A stretch of 64,000 nucleotides of DNA from Clostridia bacterium (GCA_024405755.1 JAKSOD010000002.1:13729-77728), one strand, 5' to 3'; positions 18,890 through 29,286 are shown, counted from the first letter of the stretch. Made by a program: numbers and translations. Notes: generated by a model from the sequence alone, not told the origin.

Positions 18890-19477
18890 TCACTTTTTGG
18901 CTCCCTGCTCGGCTTTACGCCTCAGCCAGCATTTACGGCACATCACCTGATATCGGTCATTGCCTCCGATGCAAACCTGTTCACCCGTGGTTACAATGTT
19001 TCCGTCATCATCGACACGCGCATTCACCGTTGCCTTGGCTCCGCATTTGCAAACAGACGCGATCTCGTAAATTCGGTCTGCTATCTCGAACAGCCGTCGG
19101 CTGCCCGGGAACAGATGAGTCGTGAAATCTGTGCTGAGTCCGTAGCAAGTGACGGGGATATCCCTCTCAATGACGATATCCCCAAGCTGATCCACCTGTT
19201 CCGGGGTCAGGAACTGACACTCGTCAACAATGACTACGTCACAATCATCATACTGCTCACAATAGAGTTTAAAGATGTCCGTATCTCCGGTAACGTTCAC
19301 AGCCTCGGAACAGAGACCGATCCTTGATTTCACCACAGCGGCTCCGTCCCGGTTATCCACCGACGGTTTCATCAGCATCACTTTCATTCCGCGTTCTTCG
19401 TAATTGAACTTTGTAATGAGTGCCTGTGCGGTTTTGGAGCAGCCCATGACTCCGAATTTAAAACTTAATTCAGCCAT
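18890..19477 (-). CDS. tdk: Thymidine kinase
   Basis: GVMGCSKT, DECQFL, YGLSTDF, zinc-binding CKC...CRKC; start placed at MAELSF. Confidence 0.93.
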   Translation of the reverse strand: MAELSFKFGVMGCSKTAQALITKFNYEERGMKVMLMKPSVDNRDGAAVVKSRIGLCSEAVNVTGDTDIFKLYCEQYDDCDVVIVDECQFLTPEQVDQLGDIVIERDIPVTCYGLSTDFTTHLFPGSRRLFEIADRIYEIASVCKCGAKATVNARVDDDGNIVTTGEQVCIGGNDRYQVMCRKCWLRRKAEQGAKK

Positions 19478-19481
19478 ATAA

Positions 19482-20783
19482 TCATTCCACCTTTGCAAAG
19501 ATCAGCGGACGTGATTGAGGTGCTTTTGCGCCGATATGAGTAGATTCTAATAATTTCTCTTCTGCAGCGTCAAGCCGTCCGCGGTCGTTGGTATAAAGGC
19601 GTGCTATCGTCTGACCTCTTCTCACCCTGTCCCCGGTTTTCTTTATCAGAATGATGCCGGCTGAATGATCGATTTTGTCATCCTTGGTGTTTCTTCCTGC
19701 ACCGAGCATCAGACTTGCAGTCCCGAGTCCTTCGGTATCAACGCTTACGATATATCCGTTCTCGGCAGCACAGACTTCACGGGAGAACTCAGCCTTCGGG
19801 AACAGGCTTGTATTGCGTATCCACTCAGGATCTCCTCCCTGAGCCTCGACCATTGCTTCAAGTGCCGCAAGTGCCGAACCGTCGGCAATGGCACCTTTTA
19901 CGGCATTTTCACATTCTTCAAGCGTTCCACTTCCGCCGAGGCATAGCATATTTGATGCAAGTGCCACGCAGACCTCGGTCAGATCATCCGGTCCGTGACC
20001 CCTCAGCGTTTCCACCGCTTCGATCACTTCAAGTGAATTTCCGATGGCAAATCCGAGAGGTCTGTCCATATCGGTGATCAATGCCATTATCTTCTTTCCT
20101 ACCGCTTTACCGATACTTACCATAATCTGAGCAAGTTTGCGGCTGTCTTCGACGGTTTTCATAAACGATCCGCTTCCGGTCTTTACGTCAAGCACTATGC
20201 AGTCGTCATCAGCGGCAAGTTTTTTGCCCATGATACTTGAAGCTATCAGCGGCATACTGTCAACAGTCGCCGTAACATCACGAAGAGCGTAGAGTTTTTT
20301 ATCGGCGGGAGCAAGTTCGCGGCTCTGTCCGACTATGGCTATTCCGGTCTTGTTGACAATATCGACGAACTCACATTCGTCGAGTTCGGTTCTGAATCCT
20401 TTTATGGATTCGAGTTTGTCAACCGTACCGCCGGTATGTCCCAGTCCTCTGCCGCTCATCTTGGCGACCTTGGCGCCGAGAGATGCCACTATGGGCATTA
20501 CCACAAGACTTGTCTTATCTCCCACACCCCCGGTGGAATGTTTGTCCATGCGGATGCCTTTGATAGACGAGAAATCCGGCCGCTCCCCTGAATCCCTGAC
20601 AGCAATGGTAAGATCGGTCGTCTCACGGAGAGTCATATCACGGTAAAAAATCGCCATACACAATGCTGCCGCCTGATAATCCGGTATCTCTCCTCGGGTA
20701 TATCCCTCAATAAAGAAGCGGATCTCCTCCGCTGACAGTTCTCCGCCGTCGCGTTTCTTTTTTATTATGTCATACATTCTCAT
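19482..20783 (-). CDS. pdp: Pyrimidine-nucleoside phosphorylase
   Basis: KKRDG, DKHSTGGVGDK, KMSGRGLGHTGGT, YALRDVT, SSIMGKK. Confidence 0.96.
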   Translation of the reverse strand: MRMYDIIKKKRDGGELSAEEIRFFIEGYTRGEIPDYQAAALCMAIFYRDMTLRETTDLTIAVRDSGERPDFSSIKGIRMDKHSTGGVGDKTSLVVMPIVASLGAKVAKMSGRGLGHTGGTVDKLESIKGFRTELDECEFVDIVNKTGIAIVGQSRELAPADKKLYALRDVTATVDSMPLIASSIMGKKLAADDDCIVLDVKTGSGSFMKTVEDSRKLAQIMVSIGKAVGKKIMALITDMDRPLGFAIGNSLEVIEAVETLRGHGPDDLTEVCVALASNMLCLGGSGTLEECENAVKGAIADGSALAALEAMVEAQGGDPEWIRNTSLFPKAEFSREVCAAENGYIVSVDTEGLGTASLMLGAGRNTKDDKIDHSAGIILIKKTGDRVRRGQTIARLYTNDRGRLDAAEEKLLESTHIGAKAPQSRPLIFAKVE

Positions 20784-20830
20784 GGCATTTTCCCTTTCGG
20801 AGTACGTTTTTCATTCTTCGCCCGTTGCTG

Positions 20831-21784
20831 TCATCTCATTCCCTTGTCGTAAGGGATACCTTCCGCTTTGGGGCAGCCTGATTTTTTTGCCGTGAAGGCA
20901 AGCACCACAAGCACCACAAAATACGGAATAATATTATAAAAATACATTGGAAGTCCGAGATTTTTGAGTAGATCTATTGAGGATGACACAGCTCCGATAC
21001 ATTTGAGGAATCCGAACATAACGGCTCCGAGAGCAATGCCGAGAGGCTTCCAGTTACCGAATATCATAATGGCAAGTGCAAGGAATCCCATACCGGCAAC
21101 AGTACTTTCAGCCGTGCCTCCGGCGGTGGTGGCAATATAAATGTAACCGCCGCATCCCGCAAGTGCACCTGAAATCGTAGTTCCGAGATAACGCATCTTA
21201 TCTACATTGATACCTACGCTGTCAGCGGCCTGAGGGTGTTCTCCGCAGGCACGCATACGCATTCCGGTCCTCGTTTTATAGATCCACACAGATAGAACAA
21301 TAAACAGAATGATTATTATGGGCGTTGAAATATACGCCTTGTCAATGAAAATTTTCAAAAACTCGCCTGCATCTTCATTTTTGAGAACAAAGTTCGTTGA
21401 AAGAGGCATAACAAGTTTTTCCTGACTGAAGAATGTCAGAGCGAGGGTATTAACAAGTGCCGGTGAAAGCATATTGAGTGCCGTGCCGCCGATCGTCTGA
21501 TCCGCTTTCAGTTTTACTGCTGAGAATGACAGCAAAAGCGAATATACGGCACCTGCCGCAGCACCTATGATCATGGCAACCACGTACATGATCTGAGGGT
21601 GTTCTACCAGGATATTTCCGGTTTGAAAAAGATATACTGCCACGGCACCGATAAAGGCTCCGAAAATCATTTCACCTTCAAGAGCAAGGTTGATGATCCC
21701 GCTGCGTTCGGCGAACATTCCCGCAAGTGCGACGATAAGGAGCGGAATTGAATAAACCAGAGTTTTTTGAATTATGAATGTCAT
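20831..21784 (-). CDS. Nucleoside ABC transporter permease (NupC/NupQ-like)
   Basis: ERSGIINLALEG, RACGEHPQAADSVGI, GMGFLALAIMIFGNW. Confidence 0.9.
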   Translation of the reverse strand: MTFIIQKTLVYSIPLLIVALAGMFAERSGIINLALEGEMIFGAFIGAVAVYLFQTGNILVEHPQIMYVVAMIIGAAAGAVYSLLLSFSAVKLKADQTIGGTALNMLSPALVNTLALTFFSQEKLVMPLSTNFVLKNEDAGEFLKIFIDKAYISTPIIIILFIVLSVWIYKTRTGMRMRACGEHPQAADSVGINVDKMRYLGTTISGALAGCGGYIYIATTAGGTAESTVAGMGFLALAIMIFGNWKPLGIALGAVMFGFLKCIGAVSSSIDLLKNLGLPMYFYNIIPYFVVLVVLAFTAKKSGCPKAEGIPYDKGMR

Positions 21785-21786
21785 CT

Positions 21787-23058
21787 TTACGCCTCCCTAT
21801 CTTTTTTTGCACCAGAGTTATCCTCTGCTGCCTTTGTCTTTTTCATTGACATCTGCCGTTTTTTATTGATCAGATCACGGATCAGTTTAGAAAAACCGGC
21901 AAAATAAATTATCAGTGCGATAATTATGTCAGCAATATATCTGTTGAAACCCGCAGATGTCAGGTTGTCACCACCCTGACCGAGATATCGGAGAAAAATA
22001 CCAGAGAAAATCACTCCCACGGGGTTGTTGGAGGCAAGAAGTGCAACGGGAATACCGTTGAAACCGTAATCCGGGAGTTTGCTGTATGCGGAACTGAACG
22101 CAAACTCAATTCCCGGATTGAGATAATAAACTGCTCCTCCGAGTGCTGCAAGACATCCCGCTATCGCCATTGAAAGAATGATATTGCGTTTTTCGTTCAT
22201 TCCGGCATACCTTGCGGCATTTCTGTTGTTTCCGCAGGCTTTCAGTTCATAACCGAATATGGTCTTGTTAAGTACGATATAGATTATTACGGCGACTGCC
22301 GCAGCGATAAAGATACCCGAGTCGATATACGATCCGGAGAAAACCTTGTCAAGTCCTATCTTAGGCGTACTGTTTCCGGTCATTTCGGTAGTGATCAGAT
22401 AACCGGATTTACCGTATCCGGTATTGATCAGATTTGTTTTTTCGCTGAAAAACCAACTTACAAGGTTTGCGGCGATCCAGTTGGTCATAATGCAAACTAT
22501 AACCTCATTGACACCGAAAAAGGCCTTGAACAGACCCGGAATCGCTCCCCATACCATTCCGCAAATCATCCCGACGAGCAGAGCAAGAAGCCAAACGGCA
22601 ACCCCCGTTCCGCTTTCTCTGGAATCAATGCTGAGTGCAACGTAAAGGGATCCTGCGGTCCCCATAAGGAACTGACCGGGAGCACCGATATTGAAAAGTC
22701 CGGTCTTGAACGCAATTGCGACTGAAAGTCCCGTCAATATAAGCGGAGCAGCGTAAAAAATCATATCTCCGAAGTTTGTGGTAATGTAATTCAGCGAGCC
22801 GCTAGAAAAAGGACCGCAGACCAGGATTGCCAAACCGCTGAAGGCATCTGCAATGCTCATTCTCTCAGCAAAGGCGCTGATAAGCAACATCACGATAAAA
22901 CCGATAATGAGTCCCGCGGAGATGCACACGAGGGATGCAAGTACCGACTGTGTCCCTTCTTTTGCGAAAAAGCCGTTAATTCCGCCATTCTTCGGCTGTT
23001 CATTAAGCATAGGAGCCGAAGTCCGTTCACTTACGGTTATTTTTTTATCATTCCGCAT
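21787..23058 (-). CDS. Nucleoside ABC transporter permease (NupB/NupP-like)
   Basis: GLFNIGAPGQ, GYELKACGNN..AARYAG, GFNGIPVALL. Confidence 0.9.
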   Translation of the reverse strand: MRNDKKITVSERTSAPMLNEQPKNGGINGFFAKEGTQSVLASLVCISAGLIIGFIVMLLISAFAERMSIADAFSGLAILVCGPFSSGSLNYITTNFGDMIFYAAPLILTGLSVAIAFKTGLFNIGAPGQFLMGTAGSLYVALSIDSRESGTGVAVWLLALLVGMICGMVWGAIPGLFKAFFGVNEVIVCIMTNWIAANLVSWFFSEKTNLINTGYGKSGYLITTEMTGNSTPKIGLDKVFSGSYIDSGIFIAAAVAVIIYIVLNKTIFGYELKACGNNRNAARYAGMNEKRNIILSMAIAGCLAALGGAVYYLNPGIEFAFSSAYSKLPDYGFNGIPVALLASNNPVGVIFSGIFLRYLGQGGDNLTSAGFNRYIADIIIALIIYFAGFSKLIRDLINKKRQMSMKKTKAAEDNSGAKKDREA

Positions 23059-24640
23059 CTGTCATTTCCTCCTTTGAGGAATTCTGTCTTTTTGCTCCCG
23101 CCATATACATACCGAGAGTCTGTACGTCAGTTTTCTTCGGATCAAATTCTCCTACGATTTCTCCCTCGAACATTACGAGTATGCGGTCGGAAAGAGTCAT
23201 CACCTCGTCAAGTTCAAGAGATACAAGAAGAATAGCACGCCCCGCGTTTCTTTCTTTGATTATTTCCTTGTGGATAAATTCAATTGCACCCACATCAAGT
23301 CCGCGTGTAGGCTGCACCGCCACGAGAAGTTTGTGATCCCTGCTCAACTCACGTGCAATGATCGCTTTCTGTTGATTTCCGCCTGACATGGAACGGACTG
23401 TTGTCGCGGCTCCCTGCCCGCTTCGTACGTCATATTTCTCAATAAGATTATCGGCGTATTCCCGCACCTCATTGAATCTGATGAATCCGTGATTCTGAAA
23501 CTCCGGTTCAAAGTACCTTTGAAGCACCATATTCTGTTCCAGGGAATAATCAAGGATAAGACCGTGCTTATGCCTGTCCTCCGGAATATGGCTCAATCCC
23601 ATAAAGCTGCGATTTCTCACGGAAGCATTTGTTATATCTTTTCCGCCCAGCACGATCTTTCCCGCCCCAACCGGTTCGAGTCCCGTCAGCGCGTGAATGA
23701 ATTCGCTTTGACCGTTTCCGTCAATTCCCGCGATACACACGATTTCTCCCGCGTGCACGTCAAAACTGACTCTCCTGACAACGTCTTTCTTTTGGAGTTT
23801 ACTTTTTACCCGCAGATTTCTTACCGAAAGCACCACGTCGCCGGGGACAGCCTCATCTTTTTCCACTACCAACTGCACATGTCTGCCTACCATCATATCC
23901 GACAGTTCCTGCTTTGTGGTATCGGCGGTATTCACAGTACCGATATATTTTCCTTTGCGCAGAACGGTGCAGCGGTCAGCCACTGCCATTATCTCTGCGA
24001 GCTTATGGGTTATGAACAAAATGGATTTGCCCTCAGCTGCAAGTCCCTTCATTATTTCCATAAGTTCTTCGATCTCCTGCGGCGTCAGCACCGCCGTCGG
24101 CTCGTCAAAAATAAGAATATCATTGTCCCGATAAAGCATTTTGAGGATCTCCGTCCTCTGCTGCATTCCCACAGTAATATCTTCAACAATTGCATCGGGA
24201 TCTATATGCAGACCGTATTTTTCGGAAAGATCCAATACTTTCCGTCTGGCTTCTTTCTTTTGCAGAAATCCCAATTTCGTTGTTTCAGCCCCGAGAATGA
24301 TATTATCGAGTACAGAAAAGCACTCCACGAGTTTGAAATGCTGATGCACCATTCCTATCCCCAAAGCAGTGGCGTCGTTCGGATCATTGATCTTTACGGG
24401 CACGCCGTCACGAAAAATCTGCCCCTCGTCAGGTTGGTACAGTCCGAAAAGAACGCTCATAAGCGTTGATTTTCCGGCTCCGTTCTCTCCGAGAAGAGCA
24501 TGGATCTCTCCACGTTTCAACTGCAGTGTAATATTGTCGTTTGCTTTGATGCCCGGGAATTCCTTGGTTATTCCTCTCATTTCGATAACATAAGGCGATC
24601 CTTCCGCGGCGGTCGTATTCATATGCGGATTATGATTCAT
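23048..24640 (-). CDS. Nucleoside ABC transporter ATP-binding protein with two ABC domains (NupA/NupO-like)
   Basis: GENGAGKS, DEPT, MSGGNQQK, QPTRGLD; start placed at ATG 24640 after GAGAGG. Confidence 0.92.
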   Translation of the reverse strand: MNHNPHMNTTAAEGSPYVIEMRGITKEFPGIKANDNITLQLKRGEIHALLGENGAGKSTLMSVLFGLYQPDEGQIFRDGVPVKINDPNDATALGIGMVHQHFKLVECFSVLDNIILGAETTKLGFLQKKEARRKVLDLSEKYGLHIDPDAIVEDITVGMQQRTEILKMLYRDNDILIFDEPTAVLTPQEIEELMEIMKGLAAEGKSILFITHKLAEIMAVADRCTVLRKGKYIGTVNTADTTKQELSDMMVGRHVQLVVEKDEAVPGDVVLSVRNLRVKSKLQKKDVVRRVSFDVHAGEIVCIAGIDGNGQSEFIHALTGLEPVGAGKIVLGGKDITNASVRNRSFMGLSHIPEDRHKHGLILDYSLEQNMVLQRYFEPEFQNHGFIRFNEVREYADNLIEKYDVRSGQGAATTVRSMSGGNQQKAIIARELSRDHKLLVAVQPTRGLDVGAIEFIHKEIIKERNAGRAILLVSLELDEVMTLSDRILVMFEGEIVGEFDPKKTDVQTLGMYMAGAKRQNSSKEEMTDAE

Positions 24641-24679
24641 GGCGGCTTCCTCTCTTTTTCGGAAATCGTATATTTTCTC

Positions 24680-24747
24680 TTTGGTAAGCACCGGAATATG
24701 ATTTCGGTGCTTACCAAAAAGAAAGGACAGAAGTCCTTTCTTTTTGG
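24680..24747 (-). terminator. Two overlapping hairpins between the BMP and ATPase genes (terminator or mRNA-stabilising structure)
   Basis: CCAAAAAGAAAGGAC-AGAA-GTCCTTTCTTTTTGG (24714-24747) and TTTGGTAAGCACCG...CGGTGCTTACCAAA (24680-24718). Confidence 0.65.
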
Positions 24748-24761
24748 ATTGGTAATGCTAA

Positions 24762-25859
24762 TTACTTATCGAAAACGATAGTAACGTGAGCATTGTCGGC
24801 AACAGCGGCAGTGAGCCATGCGGCGTCGTTGCAGTTCTCGGGAACTTCGGAGGAGATGGATATCTCGCCGGCCTTTACTTTTGCAAACAGAGCCTCATAC
24901 TGAGCCTTGGTAAATTTCTGGAATCTGGAAGTATCGAAAGGAATACCGGTAGCGTCATCGGCAGCACCGAGGTTGGAAGTCTTGTTGGCAAGTTTGGCAT
25001 CCCATTCGCCTGCGTAGAACTGAGTAAGGATCTTTTCAACGGAGACAGACAGACCCTTGACGGCAGAAGTAATTACTCTGTCGCTGAGAGAAGCCTGGTC
25101 AACGTCAACACCGATGATCTTACCATTGGTGGTTTCCTCAGCAGCAGACTTTACGCTCTGCACCATGGATCCGCCGCAGGAGAATACGACCTGAGTGCCT
25201 GCGGCATACCAACCGGCGATCTGAGTCTGGAGTTCGGGAGAGCTTCCGAATCCGCTTCCGTACTTATAGCTGTACTTGATCTCGATATCGGTAGCAAGTT
25301 CGGAGGCAGCAGCAGCGGCACCCTGAACGAAACCGAAACCGAATCTGTTGCAGGCGGGGTTGGTTCCGCCGCCGCCGAAGGTTCCGCCGAGTTTGGTGTA
25401 TCCGTCCATAACGGCAGCATAACCTGCCATATATCCGGATTCTTCTTCCTTGTATACTACCGCGGTGACGTTGTCAAGGCCGAGTGCCCAACCGTCAATG
25501 AATACGAACTTGACTTCGGGACTGTCCTTGGCTACGGTCTCCATTGCTGTGGCCTGAAGGAAACCGGGAGCAATGATAATCTTGGCACCGTTCTTGACAG
25601 CCTGACGCATAGCGGCAATACGGTCATTGTCGGTTGCATTGGCACCGTTGGCGGGCTGATAGTACTGATAAGTAATGTTGTTCTTTTCTGCGTAGTTCTT
25701 GGCGCCGTTGTAGGTGCCCTCGTTGAAACCGCCGTCTTTCAACTGACCGACATCGGTGACGATAGCGATCTCATAGGTCTTGTTTCCGCACGACGCAAAC
25801 AACGCCACGGAGCAAAGGATCATTGCGAGGCAAAGAACGATTGATACTGCTCTTTTCAT
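24762..25859 (-). CDS. BMP-family nucleoside-binding lipoprotein
   Basis: Lipobox FASC, DVGQLKDGGFNE, EEESGYMAG, IGVDVDQ, ITSAVK. Confidence 0.92.
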   Translation of the reverse strand: MKRAVSIVLCLAMILCSVALFASCGNKTYEIAIVTDVGQLKDGGFNEGTYNGAKNYAEKNNITYQYYQPANGANATDNDRIAAMRQAVKNGAKIIIAPGFLQATAMETVAKDSPEVKFVFIDGWALGLDNVTAVVYKEEESGYMAGYAAVMDGYTKLGGTFGGGGTNPACNRFGFGFVQGAAAAASELATDIEIKYSYKYGSGFGSSPELQTQIAGWYAAGTQVVFSCGGSMVQSVKSAAEETTNGKIIGVDVDQASLSDRVITSAVKGLSVSVEKILTQFYAGEWDAKLANKTSNLGAADDATGIPFDTSRFQKFTKAQYEALFAKVKAGEISISSEVPENCNDAAWLTAAVADNAHVTIVFDK

Positions 25860-25926
25860 TTTTTCTCCTTTTTCGGGATATACCCGTACTTTTTTGATCC
25901 GTCTTCACGGACCTTTATGCAATACA

Positions 25927-25955
25927 ATTATATACCAATAAATGTTATTTGTCAA
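25927..25955 (-). promoter_or_regulatory. Consensus sigma-A promoter of the BMP/nup operon
   Basis: Minus strand TTGACA-17 nt-TATAAT. Confidence 0.75.
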
Positions 25956-26037
25956 TATTTTTAAAAACTTTTGTCACAAAACATACATATTTTTATGGTT
26001 TTCGAATTATCCTCAATAAATCTTTCATTCAACTCCG

Positions 26038-27609
26038 TCACGAAAGGTCGTCCGGCGTAAAAGCAAACGGAAGAATTTCTTTCAGACTGTAAACTTTGAA
26101 GTTATCCGGAGTACCGAGGAGGATCTTGAAATCCTCCCGGCAGAATTCAGCCATAACCTGACGACATACGCCGCAGGGAGCGCAGAAATCCGCCGTCTCT
26201 CCTTCTTTCCCGCCCACAATGGCAACAGCTTCAAAATCACGCTCACCTTCGCTGACAGCTTTGAATATCGCTGTACGCTCTGCACACATAGAAGGACCGT
26301 ATGCAGCGTTTTCGATATTACATCCGGAATACACCTTTCCGTCACGGCATAATAAGGCTGCTCCCACTTTAAAGTGGGAATACGGAGTATACGACATTTT
26401 CCTTGCCTTTTCCGCGGCTGTCATAAGGTCGTTATAGCGTGTCTCGGGAGACAGCACTGAATCAAGGAAACTTTCCCCGGCGGTATCCTCCTGCTGAATG
26501 CCGAACATATCGAGTACGGTAGCGGAAATATCCGAGAAAGAAGCGCGTCTGCCGAGATCCACACCCCGGCGTATACCGTTTCCGTATATAAGCATGGGCG
26601 TATACTCTCTTGAATGATCTGTGGAAACGGTGGAAGGATCACAGCCGTGATCTGCGGTGATGATCAGAACATCGTCGTCACGCATATCCTCCATAAACCC
26701 GCCGAGCCAACGGTCAAACTCCGTCATGGCAGAGGCATAACCCGCCACATCATTACGGTGACCGTATTTAGAATCGAAGTCAACGAGATTAACAAAACAA
26801 AGACCGTTGAAATCCCGCTTCTGCATTTCGGATGTCAGTTTCATACCGTGAGCGTTGCTTTCTGTCCTATTGCACTCGTCAACACTCTTTCCCGCGAAAA
26901 TATCGTAGATCTTCCCTACGGAAAGAGTTGCATATCCGTTCTTCTGCAAAAGATCAAGCATTGTCGTCTTCGGCGGAACAAGGGAAAAATCGTGTCTGTT
27001 CGCCGTTCTCGTATACGGATATCCGCCATTAAACGGACGGGCGATCACTCTGCCGACGCCGTGTTTTCCGCACAGCATTTTTCGTGCAATCTCGCAATAG
27101 CGGTACAGTTCCGGGACCGGAACAATGTCCTCGTGAGCGGCGATCTGAAACACACTGTCGGCTGACGTATATACGATAAGATCTCCGGTCCTCATATGCT
27201 CTTTTCCATAATCACGGATTACATCTGTGCCGGAATACGGCTTGTTGCAGAGCACGAGTCTGCCCGTCAGACGTTCAAATTCCGCAATTACATCATCAGG
27301 AAATCCATCCGGATATGTGGGCAAAGGCACGTCGGAAATAAGTCCCGAGATTTCCCAATGACCAATCGTTGTGTCCTTTCCCGCGGATCTCTCAGCCATG
27401 GCGGCATAGGACGCAAGGGGTGCATCTACACCTCCGCCGACACCGGCAATATTGAAAAGGCCGAGACGACGCAGATTCGGACAGTCAAAATTTTCGTGGC
27501 TGCGGATCGCGCCGAGAGTATTGCTTCCCTCATCTCCCCACCTGCCCGCATCGGGAAGTTCTCCGATCCCCATACTGTCAAGCACAATCAGAAAGACTCT
27601 TTTTGACAT
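26038..27609 (-). CDS. deoB: Phosphopentomutase fused to cytidine deaminase (DeoB-Cdd)
   Basis: N-terminal LDSMGIGELPD, GKDTTIGHWE, DFDSKYGHR, TADHGCDP; C-terminal PYSHFKVGAAL, NIENAAY, CAER, PCGVCRQ; no stop codon between the halves. Confidence 0.9.
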   Translation of the reverse strand: MSKRVFLIVLDSMGIGELPDAGRWGDEGSNTLGAIRSHENFDCPNLRRLGLFNIAGVGGGVDAPLASYAAMAERSAGKDTTIGHWEISGLISDVPLPTYPDGFPDDVIAEFERLTGRLVLCNKPYSGTDVIRDYGKEHMRTGDLIVYTSADSVFQIAAHEDIVPVPELYRYCEIARKMLCGKHGVGRVIARPFNGGYPYTRTANRHDFSLVPPKTTMLDLLQKNGYATLSVGKIYDIFAGKSVDECNRTESNAHGMKLTSEMQKRDFNGLCFVNLVDFDSKYGHRNDVAGYASAMTEFDRWLGGFMEDMRDDDVLIITADHGCDPSTVSTDHSREYTPMLIYGNGIRRGVDLGRRASFSDISATVLDMFGIQQEDTAGESFLDSVLSPETRYNDLMTAAEKARKMSYTPYSHFKVGAALLCRDGKVYSGCNIENAAYGPSMCAERTAIFKAVSEGERDFEAVAIVGGKEGETADFCAPCGVCRQVMAEFCREDFKILLGTPDNFKVYSLKEILPFAFTPDDLS

Positions 27610-27616
27610 ATCAGCC

Positions 27617-28399
27617 TCAACTTTCCATTTCGCCGGGGGCAAGTTCAAGGGCGATCTTCATCATCTGAGTGAATCCCGTCTGTCTGTCCTCTGCGGAAAT
27701 CTTTTCTTCGGGATGAAGGAAATTGTCACTTACTGTGCAGATGCAGAGTGCTTTTTTACCTGCTCTTGCAGCGTTGCAGTAAAGGGCGGCAGACTCCATT
27801 TCTACTCCGAGAACACCCATTTTTGCCCATTCCATACAGGAGTCGGCATCATCATAGAATATATCGGATGAGAAAATGTTTCCGACGCGATAATTGACTC
27901 CCGCCGCGTCACATAGTTCCGCCGCACGTTTCAGAAGTCCGAAATCTGCGATCGGGCAGAACGTACCGGGCAGGCGGTATTGCATTGCATAATTTCCGTC
28001 GGTGCAGGCACCCATGGCGATTATTATGTCGTGTGCGTGAAGATCCGGACTGAAAGTACCGCAGGAGCCTATTCGGATAATGTTTTCAACTCCGTAGAAA
28101 TTATACAGTTCGTATGAATAGATTCCGATGGCAGGCTGTCCCATACCGGATGCCATTACGGACACCCTCTTGCCTTTGTATGATCCGGTATATCCGTTGA
28201 CTCCGCGGACATTATTGACGAGAACGGGATTTTCAAGAAAATTCTCGGCAATAAACTTTGACCTCAGCGGATCACCGGGCATAAGAACGGTCTTTGCAAA
28301 ATCACCGTACTTCGCGTTAATATGAGGTGTCGGAACATTCGGATGCTCCTCTGTGATTGCCGGTTCTTCATTTCTGATTATCCGTGCCATTTTCTTCAT
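27617..28399 (-). CDS. deoD: Purine nucleoside phosphorylase, DeoD type
   Basis: PTPHI, MPGDPLR, SGMGQP, RIGSCG, VEMES. Confidence 0.95.
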   Translation of the reverse strand: MKKMARIIRNEEPAITEEHPNVPTPHINAKYGDFAKTVLMPGDPLRSKFIAENFLENPVLVNNVRGVNGYTGSYKGKRVSVMASGMGQPAIGIYSYELYNFYGVENIIRIGSCGTFSPDLHAHDIIIAMGACTDGNYAMQYRLPGTFCPIADFGLLKRAAELCDAAGVNYRVGNIFSSDIFYDDADSCMEWAKMGVLGVEMESAALYCNAARAGKKALCICTVSDNFLHPEEKISAEDRQTGFTQMMKIALELAPGEMES

Positions 28400-28418
28400 T
28401 CCTTTCCGTATTCTGTGT

Positions 28419-29078
28419 TTATTTGTTTTCCTGCGATTTGACTATCTTGACTATACGCGAAGTTCCGAGTCTTGAAGCACCGAGTTCAACGAATGCCTCA
28501 GCATCTTCTATTGACGAAATCCCGCCCGCTGCTTTCATTTTTACATTTTTGCCAATATGTGCGGCAAAAAGGGCAATATCCTCACGGGTGGCTCCCGCCT
28601 TTGAGAATCCGGTGGAAGTCTTTATGAAATCTGCACCGGAGGCGGTGACGATCTCACACATTTTTATTTTTTCCTCTTCTGTCAGCAGACACGTTTCGAT
28701 TATTACTTTCAAAATCTTGTCTTTGCCGGCAGTCTTCACTGCACGTATCTCGTTTTCAACGTCGTCATATCTGCGGTCTTTGAGCATACAGATATTGATC
28801 ACCATATCGATTTCGTCGGCACCGTTTTTCAGTGCTTCTTCCGTTTCAAATACTTTGACTGCGGTAGTATTGTACCCATTCGGGAAGCCGATAACGGTGC
28901 AGACGGCAAGCTTGTCACCGACATATTCCTTGGCTTTTTTCACATAGCACGGCGGAATGCATACTGAAGCGGTGCCGTATCTGATCCCGTCGTCGCACAG
29001 CAGACGGATGTCTTCCCACGTTGAGGTTTGGGCGAGCTGCGTATGGTCACATTTGCTTAAAATTTCTTTGATGTCCAT
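28419..29078 (-). CDS. deoC: Deoxyribose-phosphate aldolase
   Basis: [39 protein letters not shown]; start moved to ATG 29078, downstream of the promoter. Confidence 0.95.
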   Translation of the reverse strand: MDIKEILSKCDHTQLAQTSTWEDIRLLCDDGIRYGTASVCIPPCYVKKAKEYVGDKLAVCTVIGFPNGYNTTAVKVFETEEALKNGADEIDMVINICMLKDRRYDDVENEIRAVKTAGKDKILKVIIETCLLTEEEKIKMCEIVTASGADFIKTSTGFSKAGATREDIALFAAHIGKNVKMKAAGGISSIEDAEAFVELGASRLGTSRIVKIVKSQENK

Positions 29079-29139
29079 TCTTTTATTCTTCCCTTCAATC
29101 ATTTGCTGAACTTCATTTTCTATTTTTTTACCCATTTTT

Positions 29140-29168
29140 ATTTTATACGAATCCGGTTTAAAAGTCAA
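29140..29168 (-). promoter_or_regulatory. Sigma-A-type promoter of deoC-deoD-deoB/cdd
   Basis: Minus strand TTGACT-17 nt-TAAAAT. Confidence 0.6.
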
Positions 29169-29286
29169 CACTTTTTGTACAGAGACAATTATTTGAATAA
29201 TCAAACAAATAAAAAACATCGTCGTGTGACAAAACACAAAAGTCAGCAGTAACGACACCCGAGTTTCGGCTGTCGGCACTGCCGAC

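Noticed and set aside
24786-25844. 352-aa plus-strand ORF antisense to the BMP gene (likewise 23489-24469, 36768-37694, 13645-14472, 39059-39841, 2505-3302, 52406-53245)
   Set aside because: Each lies opposite a well-supported gene and has no recognisable motifs; long antisense frames are an expected shadow of biased codon usage.
25860-26037. Purine riboswitch upstream of the nucleoside ABC operon
   Set aside because: The promoter leaves only about 60 nt of leader with two tiny hairpins, and no purine aptamer core is visible.
29079-29279. Extended N-termini in the ORF track (deoC from 29279; also tmcAL 32560, permease 59533, DUF5696 55471, ATPase 24691)
   Set aside because: The extensions run through promoters, hairpins or neighbouring genes; downstream ATGs have better RBSs and family-typical starts.
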